DNA of 60,609 bases. Origin: Terrimicrobiaceae bacterium (GTDB lineage: Bacteria; Verrucomicrobiota; Verrucomicrobiia; Chthoniobacterales; Terrimicrobiaceae). Numbering within the stretch: position 1 is the first letter of the stretch; each line of letters begins with the position of its first letter. A program made the position numbers and the translations under genes. The notes beneath the pieces were generated by a model. It made no database searches. It worked only from the letters and a program-made list of their open reading frames with translations, and had not been told where the DNA came from. Location: contig JBGSSC010000475.1 of the NCBI GenBank assembly GCA_041737265.1, positions 1-60,609 of the forward strand, read 5' to 3'. Of this stretch, positions 34,121 to 42,120 are shown piece by piece.

Positions 34121-34315
34121 TCAATCCTTCGTTTCTGCATTCATCCCGAGAGCGGCGAAGCGAGGCTCACCGGAGCCGGTTCCACCTCGCAGGGTGAAGC
34201 CGATGATCCGACTCTCGCCGGCACGCAGGGAAAAGAAGTTGTCGTCGAACTGGTCGCCCACGGTCACTCCGGCGAGCGCGCGGAAATCGAGGTGGATTTG
34301 GCGGTGCAGGGTCAT
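34121..34315 (-). CDS. 64-aa mini-ORF resembling an orphan GH2/beta-mannosidase C-terminal Ig-like domain (possible relic)
   Basis: HLDFRALAGVTVGDQFDDNFFSLRAGESRIIGFTLRG parallels the FLSDNYLTLAPRQSVRLEL block that ends the upstream GH2 (34354..36963). The frame is open back to 34366, overlapping that gene's 3' end in another frame. Confidence 0.35.
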   Translation of the reverse strand: MTLHRQIHLDFRALAGVTVGDQFDDNFFSLRAGESRIIGFTLRGGTGSGEPRFAALGMNAETKD

Positions 34316-34353
34316 GGGCGTTTTTACTCTATCGGTGAAGAGGCGTTCTGGCT

Positions 34354-36963
34354 TTACCCACGCCCGTTAGCGGCTTCCCACTTCCATCGAAGCGGTGCGG
34401 AAGCGACATCGGGTTTGCGAAGGGCGAGCTCCAGCCGGACGGACTGCCTGGGTGCGAGGGTGAGATAGTTGTCGCTTAAAAAATAATCCTCCTCGCGGTA
34501 ATTTAAGCACTCGAGCCCCGCCCAGATCGCCGGCACTTCGGAGAGATTTTCGACATCGATCAGGGCGCCGCGTTCGTGTTGTTCAATGGTCGAGATGCTC
34601 AGATTGCACAGGGGCAGGCGTTCCATCGCCTTCGATTGATGCCAGTCGAAGTTGAATGGATAATAATTTTGCGAGATAACCTCGCCCTTCGCGTCCCTCA
34701 GGGTGAGCAAGACGGAGAAGAAGCTCTGGTCGGGGGTCTGCACTTTATCCATTTCCGCGCTCGGGTGGCCGAGTAGGTGATAAAGAGGAAATAGGTAGCC
34801 GATGCCGTTCATATCAAACACCTCTTCCGCGGAGCCGCTCGCCACATCCTGGCTGGTCATGCAGGTGCGGACTTCCCGTCCATCAGTGGCGATCTTCATG
34901 CCATAGGGTTCGTCGGCGCCAACGCGGAAGAGTTCGCGGAGGCTGGCATCGTAAAGTCGCAACTCAGGACGATAACCGCTCAAATTTGTGCCGCTCTCAT
35001 TGATCACTCGCACCCAGCTCCGCAGACGATCCCGCACATCGAACCGGCGCGGCTTGTATTTCATCACGATGGCGACCGGCGCAAAGGCGCGGCGCACGAA
35101 GTAATAAAGGGCTTTGGGAGCGCCATAGCCATCCACGAGTCCCGATCCAAGGGAGACGCACTGGTCGTTCCAGCACCAAGGAAAAGATCCGGAGTTATAA
35201 AAGAGGCGACTGCGCCAGGTGCCAATCAACGCAAAGAGAGCAAATCCTCCATAAACACGCGTGTAATACATCAGCTCTTCCCAAGAGCGGAAGGGAGCTG
35301 CGGTGAGCGGGTCGGGATTTTCGACTCCCGTGAAGCCCTTGTTGAATCGCTGGTTCCAGGGCGCGTTGTTGATCCGGTGAAAATGGATGTGCGCCGGGGG
35401 CGGCCACAGCAAGGCAGCCTCGGGCAGGAAGCGCGTGATTTGTCGCATGGATTGGCCAACGAGGAACGAATGATTGCCGCCCCAGAACTCGACGCTTAGC
35501 TTCGGGTCGCCGTCGAGGTAGTTTTGCAGCGAGGCGGTGCCCTCCGTATGATAGCCGAAATGATCATACTCATCCGTGAGACCGTCGCTGAGCGAGTAGG
35601 AGCTGTAAAAGTAGCGTCGGCGCGGATCAAGTTCGGCCAGGATGCAGCGCCCGATCTCACAAAGATCCCAAAGCGGATGCCCTCGCACCTCGGCATTGAG
35701 CAGTTCGTTCCCACCCATCCAGGCCACCACGCAGGTGTGTGAGCGCAGGTCGCGCACCAGTCGGCGCATTTGAAGGCGATAGATCTCGTGGTCGACCTTG
35801 GTGGCGTCCGTCACATTGCAGACCCGCAGATCATGCAGAAGGACGATCCCATGCTCATCGCAAAGCTCGTAGAATGCGCGATCTTCCCGGGCGTATCCGC
35901 TGAACCGCCGGAGCGAGTTGAAGTTTCCCTCCTTCAGAAGTCGGACATGCCATTCGTAACTCTCGCGCCGCAGCCGGAGCATTTTATCTTGGCCAGGTTG
36001 GTTGGCTCCGCGCAGGTAAACGGGTAGCCCATTTATTATCAGCGTGAGTTCGTGGGCCGTGCCGGAATTGCGCCGCCAGGCAATGGTGCGAATGCCAACT
36101 CGGCGTTCAAGGGCAGAGCCGGTTTGCGGACAGGCCAGCAGGAATTGGTAGAGAGGCTGTTTCCCATGCCCATTGGGATACCAAAGCTCCGGTTTCTCCA
36201 GCTTCGCCAGCATGGCATTCTCTCCATCCCTGGTGATCTCCGGTTTTAGAATGGTGCCGTCCGGCCCTACGACCGTGAGTTCGGGCTGGCCGTGGTTTCC
36301 GCCCCACCGCTCCCAGCTAACCCGGATGGTTGCGGATGAGGCATCGGCCTCGAGCGTCTCCACCCAGCAATCGCTCAACGCTTCCGGCGTGCGAGTTTCC
36401 AAGCGAACCGGGAGCCAGATGCCGGCGGTGACAAGCCGGACAAAGTAGTTGCCCGCCATCAATTGCGCTGGCTTGAGATAGCGGGAACAGTTTTTGAAAT
36501 CCTCGTCGTAGCAGTGACCGGCTTTGAAGGCTGCCAGCGCCGCGTCCGGGTCGGTCTCCGCAGGAAGGATGTGAACAACGATCTCGTTGTCTCCCGCGAC
36601 CAAGCGACTCGTCACCTCGAATTCCGGTCCGGCAAACATCCCTTCGAACGCTCCGAGCTTCTCGCCATTGAGGAAGACTTCCGAACGAACATCAATTCCC
36701 TCGAACACCAGAAAGACCGGCCCAACCGTGCCCGGCGTCCAGACGAAGTTTTTGTGATACCACCAATGGTTTTTCTCCATCGGAATGAGGCCGATGAAGT
36801 TTTTCTCCACCATCGGATCGGGAATGACCCCGAGTTCGTGAAGCTGGACATGAACCTCGCCAGGAACGGAAACCGTCCACGCGGTTTCCTGGGTAAAGAT
36901 CGGCGTGGAGCCGTCGGTATGGTGGGACAATTGCCACGGGCCAGATAAGTCGACTGAACTCAT
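34354..36963 (-). CDS. GH2 glycoside hydrolase, beta-mannosidase-like
   Basis: N-terminal LSGPWQL, FLNGEKLG and acid/base-type VVAWMGGNEL, with a C-terminal mannosidase-type Ig-like end (FLSDNYLTLAP). No signal peptide. Confidence 0.7.
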   Translation of the reverse strand: MSSVDLSGPWQLSHHTDGSTPIFTQETAWTVSVPGEVHVQLHELGVIPDPMVEKNFIGLIPMEKNHWWYHKNFVWTPGTVGPVFLVFEGIDVRSEVFLNGEKLGAFEGMFAGPEFEVTSRLVAGDNEIVVHILPAETDPDAALAAFKAGHCYDEDFKNCSRYLKPAQLMAGNYFVRLVTAGIWLPVRLETRTPEALSDCWVETLEADASSATIRVSWERWGGNHGQPELTVVGPDGTILKPEITRDGENAMLAKLEKPELWYPNGHGKQPLYQFLLACPQTGSALERRVGIRTIAWRRNSGTAHELTLIINGLPVYLRGANQPGQDKMLRLRRESYEWHVRLLKEGNFNSLRRFSGYAREDRAFYELCDEHGIVLLHDLRVCNVTDATKVDHEIYRLQMRRLVRDLRSHTCVVAWMGGNELLNAEVRGHPLWDLCEIGRCILAELDPRRRYFYSSYSLSDGLTDEYDHFGYHTEGTASLQNYLDGDPKLSVEFWGGNHSFLVGQSMRQITRFLPEAALLWPPPAHIHFHRINNAPWNQRFNKGFTGVENPDPLTAAPFRSWEELMYYTRVYGGFALFALIGTWRSRLFYNSGSFPWCWNDQCVSLGSGLVDGYGAPKALYYFVRRAFAPVAIVMKYKPRRFDVRDRLRSWVRVINESGTNLSGYRPELRLYDASLRELFRVGADEPYGMKIATDGREVRTCMTSQDVASGSAEEVFDMNGIGYLFPLYHLLGHPSAEMDKVQTPDQSFFSVLLTLRDAKGEVISQNYYPFNFDWHQSKAMERLPLCNLSISTIEQHERGALIDVENLSEVPAIWAGLECLNYREEDYFLSDNYLTLAPRQSVRLELALRKPDVASAPLRWKWEAANGRG

Positions 36964-37047
36964 AAATGATTAGGATGCGATGAAGAGTTGGAGCAGATTG
37001 TGAAATGAGGCGAAGGTCAGATCCCTAGATGTTTTCCGACCGGATAT

Positions 37048-38679
37048 TCATTGCGCGTCGAGTTTGAAAACGCCGAAGGAGATGCCTGCCATGGTGATCT
37101 TCCAGCCCGATTTCGTTCTCTCGACCGTGGCGCCATGTGAGGAGAGAGACCTTGGATTGGGGATCACTTTGCCGGGGCGAATGTCCGCGCTGACCGCTTG
37201 AGCAGACGGGTTCACGGCGACAACGATCGTCTCCGCGCCAAGTTTGCGCTGATAGACAAAGGGATATTGGTTCTTCTCGGCGTAAAGCGGCTCGAAGTCA
37301 CCGTCGCCCCCAAGGGCGGGATGTTCGCGGCGCAGCTTGGACAAAAGCCGGAAGTAATTAAGGAGCGACTCGGGATCGGTTTCCTGCGCCCGGATGGTTG
37401 GGCGGTTTTTGGCGGGATCGATCGGGAGATAGAGGTCTTTTGCTTTGGCGGTGGAAAAGCCTGCATTCTTGCCCGACGACCACTGCATCGGGGTGCGTGC
37501 CCCAGTGCGGTTGTAGCCTCCTTCTTTGGATACGAGTCCGCGGACATAGCCCATGCCGATCTCGTCGCCGCAATAGAGATACGGCACACCGGGCATGGTC
37601 ATAAGGAAGGTGAAGGCGACCTTCAGTTCCTCCATTGTGCGCCCTTCGGCAAGGCGCATGATGTCGTGGTTGCCCGTGGGAATCGAGATGTGGCCGGCAC
37701 CTCGTGTCTCGCGGTAATGCTTGAGATAGTAGTCAAGAAACACGCGGATGTCCCCCCGGCCTTTGCGGTCGAAAAAGCTGCGAGTGACATTCTCAAACAT
37801 TCCGAAAAGATCGCGCTCCGGCTCGCTGCGAAAGAGGGATGTGTAGGCCGGATCATTGAAGTGGATGAGAAAATCAATGTGGAAGCCGGCCGCGATCGCT
37901 CTCGCCGGATCCGACCATTCCGCGATGAGGACGGCCTCGGGATATTCCGTGTCATACATGGCGCGCATGTCTGCCCAGAGCTTCATCGTTTCCTTAAAGT
38001 CCGTGTCGCCTTTGACCAGCGAAGAAGCCATGTCCACGCGGAAGCCATCAGCGCCGGCATCGAGCCAGTAGCACATGATATTCTTCATCTCCTCGCGGGT
38101 AGCCAGACAGTCGGGGTGCTCAACGGGCAGTTGCCACGGCTTCTTCGGATCAGGCTTGGCGAAGCCGTAGTTGAGCGCGGGCTGGAAGTGGAAAAAGTTT
38201 GTCATATAAGCGCCGTCCCGCTCCGAAAATCCCGAGACGGCGGGAACCCCGGCCCCGTGCCAAACGCTGTCGGTCCAGACATAACGGTTGGTGTATTTGT
38301 TCTTCGTGGCTTGGGCGGATTTCTGGAACCACGGGTGTTCGGTCGAGGTGTGGCCGGCGACGAGGTCGAGGCAGACGCGCAGACCGCGCTTGTGCGCTTC
38401 TTTGAAGAGGAGCTTCAAATCGGCATTCGTTCCGTAGCGCGCTGCGACTTTGTAGAAATCGCTGACATCATAGCCGGCGTCGCCGAAGGGAGACTCGAAG
38501 CACGGGTTCAACCAGATCGCGTCACATCCGAGTGAGCGGATGTAGTCGAGCTTGGCAATGACGCCCGGCAGGTCGCCGATGCCGTCTCCGTTGGTGTCGA
38601 GAAAACTCTGCGGATAGACTTCGTAGAAGATCGCGTTGGCAACCCAGGAAGGGCGGCGCTTATTTTTTTTGGTGGTCAT
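37048..38679 (-). CDS. GH13 alpha-glucosidase / oligo-1,6-glucosidase-like enzyme
   Basis: All four GH13 regions are present: DAIWLNPCFESP...GYDVSDFY, VCLDLVAGHTS, GADGFRVDMA (nucleophile), AVLIAEWS (acid/base), GNHDIMR. Confidence 0.85.
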   Translation of the reverse strand: MTTKKNKRRPSWVANAIFYEVYPQSFLDTNGDGIGDLPGVIAKLDYIRSLGCDAIWLNPCFESPFGDAGYDVSDFYKVAARYGTNADLKLLFKEAHKRGLRVCLDLVAGHTSTEHPWFQKSAQATKNKYTNRYVWTDSVWHGAGVPAVSGFSERDGAYMTNFFHFQPALNYGFAKPDPKKPWQLPVEHPDCLATREEMKNIMCYWLDAGADGFRVDMASSLVKGDTDFKETMKLWADMRAMYDTEYPEAVLIAEWSDPARAIAAGFHIDFLIHFNDPAYTSLFRSEPERDLFGMFENVTRSFFDRKGRGDIRVFLDYYLKHYRETRGAGHISIPTGNHDIMRLAEGRTMEELKVAFTFLMTMPGVPYLYCGDEIGMGYVRGLVSKEGGYNRTGARTPMQWSSGKNAGFSTAKAKDLYLPIDPAKNRPTIRAQETDPESLLNYFRLLSKLRREHPALGGDGDFEPLYAEKNQYPFVYQRKLGAETIVVAVNPSAQAVSADIRPGKVIPNPRSLSSHGATVERTKSGWKITMAGISFGVFKLDAQ

Positions 38680-38716
38680 AAAATATCATTCCACAGCGAG
38701 TTGGCGTGTAAAATAG

Positions 38717-40213
38717 CTAGTGTGAAGTCGCCGCCGGGCCGTTCGCAACCTCCTCGGGGTCCGAGCCGGGCGGGACATAGTGGGCGTCGCCGCCAAGCTG
38801 TTTCCAAGTGCGGTAGAGGCTAACGAGGAAATACATTCCCAAGCCAAGGAAAGGGAGTGTCCACACCGGGATCATGCGGTAGTAAAAGTCCTTGCCCCAT
38901 GTCGCGTCCGGGAAAAATGTGCGCATGAGGTCGATGAAGCCGCCGGCCATCAGGCCGCCGAGCGCCGACGCGGCGGCCCCGCAGATCGCGTTGAAGGAGC
39001 AGAACTGCCCGTAGCGCGACCGGGGCAGGATTCTCATGAACATGGGCATTGAGATCGCGTTATTGATCATGGCGAGCGGCAGATTGACCACCTGGAGCGC
39101 GATCAAAATCCGGAAATTGATCTCCGGCGTGAAGTCGGTGAAAAGCCAGACGAAATTCAGCGGGGCCGTTAGGAGCAGCCCGGCCTGGACCCACATCATC
39201 ACCCGCAGGGGATGGATGCGGTCGGCCAGCGCCCCGGCCGGATAGGTTAGGATCATATTGGCAATGGCCACCGCTGCGGCGATGCTGCCAAGCTGATGGA
39301 GCGTCAACCCCAGCGACAAGTTGAGGAAAACGGCAAAAATCCCGCAGGCCGCAGAGAGGTTCCAGAACGTGTAGGTCAGGAAAAAATAACGGTAGATGGG
39401 GTGTTGGAGGCATTCAGCGGCATAGTTCCTGACGAGCAGAAAGAGGTTGGTGCGGCCTTCCACCAGCTTGGCCGGGGGTGGGTATTTTCCTTCCTTGACG
39501 AAGAAGCACATTAGGCTGAATCCAACGAGGTAAAGACCTGCCACGCAGAGGAAGATCAGCCGCAGGTGGCTCAGGGCATACTCGTAGATAAAGTAGCTGT
39601 AGAGCGCGCCTGCCCCCGCCCCGACCATCCGGAAAAGACCGAGAAACCGCGCCATGAACTGCTGGGGCACCACGTCGTTGAAGAAATACCAAAAGACCGT
39701 GTTGACGAACATGTCGCTCAACTTGAAGAGCCCCATAGCCACAGCAATGACGACGACCGTGGTCCCCGCAGCGCTCCAGCCAGTTGTCACACCAATCAGG
39801 CCGTGCAGCCACGTTCCGATTTCCGTGGAGAAGGCCAGTAGACAGAGCGCCAGCGAGACGAACGGAACGGTGAAAAGCATGAACGGGATTCGCCGCCCGA
39901 AGCGCCCCCGGTGGCGGTCACTAGCGGTGCTGATGAACGGGTTCATCAGCACGTTGAGAATGCTTGGGATCGTCAGAATCACCAAGCCCAGGACCCAGTT
40001 CGGGGCCTGCAGTTCACCCAACCGCAGCGGCACGATGCTGGGAACCACGGTCTCCATCATCGTAAAACAAAAATCGCCCCATAAGAGCCACGTGAAGAGC
40101 CACGCGAGTCCCGCCGGGGAATAAACCAGGGTGCCAACCGTAAACTGTTTGGGACGGGACGCCGGGGGCAACGGCTCGGGTAATGAATCGACGGGAGCGG
40201 GCAGGCGGGGCAT
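38717..40213 (-). CDS. MFS-type sugar transporter (paralog 2 of 3)
   Basis: GTLVYSPAGLAWLFTWLLWGDFCFTMMETVVPSIVPLRL...APNW...SDRHRGRFGRRIPF and ~12 hydrophobic segments. It is the first gene of the minus-strand operon. Confidence 0.8.
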   Translation of the reverse strand: MPRLPAPVDSLPEPLPPASRPKQFTVGTLVYSPAGLAWLFTWLLWGDFCFTMMETVVPSIVPLRLGELQAPNWVLGLVILTIPSILNVLMNPFISTASDRHRGRFGRRIPFMLFTVPFVSLALCLLAFSTEIGTWLHGLIGVTTGWSAAGTTVVVIAVAMGLFKLSDMFVNTVFWYFFNDVVPQQFMARFLGLFRMVGAGAGALYSYFIYEYALSHLRLIFLCVAGLYLVGFSLMCFFVKEGKYPPPAKLVEGRTNLFLLVRNYAAECLQHPIYRYFFLTYTFWNLSAACGIFAVFLNLSLGLTLHQLGSIAAAVAIANMILTYPAGALADRIHPLRVMMWVQAGLLLTAPLNFVWLFTDFTPEINFRILIALQVVNLPLAMINNAISMPMFMRILPRSRYGQFCSFNAICGAAASALGGLMAGGFIDLMRTFFPDATWGKDFYYRMIPVWTLPFLGLGMYFLVSLYRTWKQLGGDAHYVPPGSDPEEVANGPAATSH

Positions 40214-40228
40214 TTTAAACTGTTTTGA

Positions 40229-40272
40229 TTTTCACGATGTGAACGCCAGAATGACGGGTTTCACCGTGAAAA
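40229..40272. promoter_or_regulatory. twin palindromes TTCAC-GAT-GTGAA (40231-40243) and TTTCAC-C-GTGAAA (40259-40271), nested in an 8-bp outer inverted repeat TTTTCACG/CGTGAAAA
   Basis: Read directly from the sequence. They lie 16-60 nt upstream of the MFS start (40213, minus strand), in the 326-nt divergent intergenic region shared with the regulator gene. A possible minus-strand -10 TATGAT lies at 40296-40291. Confidence 0.5.
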
Positions 40273-40539
40273 CTGCGTCGTTTTCAGTTGATCATATTTC
40301 TGTGGTGCTTGACCTAAGACTAATGTATGAAAAGAACAAGAAAGAATCGCCTGTATGACCCAAGCACAACCCGGAAACGCTCGAAATAGAGCGGCAGAGC
40401 CCTTTAAAATACAAAAAACATACTTTTTCCCTAGTCAAGCTGGATTGGTGCTTAAAACCACGCTTTATCCATCGACAACACGAAACGTTCAAATGCAGAC
40501 ACAACATATTTTTGAGGAAAAACCAGTTGGGGGCGAGCG

Positions 40540-41652
40540 ATGCTGAACCTCACCTTCACAAGTCGCGGCGGACTCAACGAGCAGATCCAGAGGGCCTTCC
40601 GGGAAAAGGTTGCCTCCGGGGAGCTGGCCCCTGGGCAGCGGCTGCCCACCGATGCGGAGTTCGCGGCCCAGTGGGGCGTTCATCATAACACCGTCCGCCA
40701 GGCTCTCGCAGAATTGGCCACGGAAGGTCTTCTCGTCCGTCATCGCGGACGCGGCACCTCGGTCTCTGCCGGTCGCGTCAAGCAGCATGTCGGAATCCTC
40801 TGCCCCACACGGCACCTCACCTCGCGCGGAAACGCCTCAACGCAGTTATTCCTACAATACTATCAGGACTGGGCCCATGAGCACCACGACCAATCGAAAC
40901 TCTATCTCGTCGATCATTCGCCCGACGATCAACCGTCGCTCCAACAATCAGATTTTCTGCGCGACCTCGATTCCAAACTTTTGCGCGGTTGTCTCGTACT
41001 GAATACCGCCGAATACGACAACCCTTGCTTGTTCGAAAAACTCAGGGCTCATCGCATTCCACTGGTGCTGCTCTGCGAGATGGCGATGAATTTTCCAACG
41101 GTCTGCTTCGATCAGGCTGACATCATCCGTCAAGGAGTGGCCTATCTCGCGCAACGCGGCTGTCGCCGCATCGGGGTGATCTGCGGAATCGATCCCCTGC
41201 CGGGAGCGCACCAAGCGGGCGCAACCTATGGCCGCGCCCTCCGGGAGGTTCTCAAAGATCTCGGCCAGCCCTGGCGACGCGATTCATTAAAGGATGAACG
41301 GCGCCCCACTGAGGAGTCCGGTTATCTGGCGATGAAGGAACTCTGGACTCAGGGACTTGAGAAGCCCGACGGGGTATTGTGCTGCGATGATGTGATGACG
41401 CGCGGAGTTTTTCAGGCCTGGTCGGACCTCGGCCTTCGGGCGCCTCAGGATCTGAATTTTATCACCCATTCCAATCGGGGGCTTCCGATCTTTCATCCGG
41501 TTCCCTTGACCCGCCTGGAGGCCGACGTGGGTGAGCTGGCAAGCGTGGCTGGTGAGATGCTGAATTCTCTGATGGCCAATCTTCCGCTTGCCCATCGTTC
41601 GCAAGATATCAAGCATACCTTGATCCCGGGGCAAACTTGCGGAGAATCCTAG
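40540..41652 (+). CDS. transcriptional regulator: GntR-type winged-HTH fused to a LacI/PBP1-type sugar-binding domain
   Basis: The N-terminus LPTDAEFAAQWGVHHNTVRQALAELATEGLLVRHRGRGTSV is a GntR-type wHTH. The remaining ~290 aa look like a LacI-family ligand domain (RIPLVLLC..., CRRIGVICG..., PDGVLCCDDVMTRGV). A GGGGG Shine-Dalgarno-like run precedes the ATG. Confidence 0.75.
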   Translation: MLNLTFTSRGGLNEQIQRAFREKVASGELAPGQRLPTDAEFAAQWGVHHNTVRQALAELATEGLLVRHRGRGTSVSAGRVKQHVGILCPTRHLTSRGNASTQLFLQYYQDWAHEHHDQSKLYLVDHSPDDQPSLQQSDFLRDLDSKLLRGCLVLNTAEYDNPCLFEKLRAHRIPLVLLCEMAMNFPTVCFDQADIIRQGVAYLAQRGCRRIGVICGIDPLPGAHQAGATYGRALREVLKDLGQPWRRDSLKDERRPTEESGYLAMKELWTQGLEKPDGVLCCDDVMTRGVFQAWSDLGLRAPQDLNFITHSNRGLPIFHPVPLTRLEADVGELASVAGEMLNSLMANLPLAHRSQDIKHTLIPGQTCGES

Positions 41653-41703
41653 CCTTCAGAAGATCCTCGTTATTTCGGCATAAAAGTCCCCAGAAAGATT
41701 TAA

Positions 41704-41733
41704 TTGACGATTCTCTTGCGATATAAATATACA
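41704..41733 (+). promoter_or_regulatory. possible sigma70-type promoter TTGACG-N18-TATACA
   Basis: This is the best -35/-10-like pair in the AT-richer 470-nt gap upstream of the DUF4838 operon. It is a pattern match only. Confidence 0.25.
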
Positions 41734-42120
41734 AAAACTACAGAAAAGCTCGCTCTCTCTAAACACCAACTTAAAAATAAGAACCACCCAGTCATGAAAA
41801 CCACAAAAAATCATCCTCGCCTCGGCGATCCCCTTGCTGACCGCACTCTCCAGCCCGCAGGCGCGCGGAAATCGCTCTAGACTTCGACCGTCTTGCGGAT
41901 GCCACGAAGGTCAAATTCCTCATCGACGATATCCAGATTGGCAGTCCGAACATTGAGAACACGAAGCCCGGCGGTCGGTAACGAAACTCCAGTCCAAATG
42001 CTTCCGGCGAAATACAATCCATGACCCGTATCATCGTCGGTGAAATCGCCTCGCATCGTTTTCCTTTGGCTGAAGAAGGCCGCAATCACCTCAGAATCCA
42101 ATGATAAAACACCACTCTCA

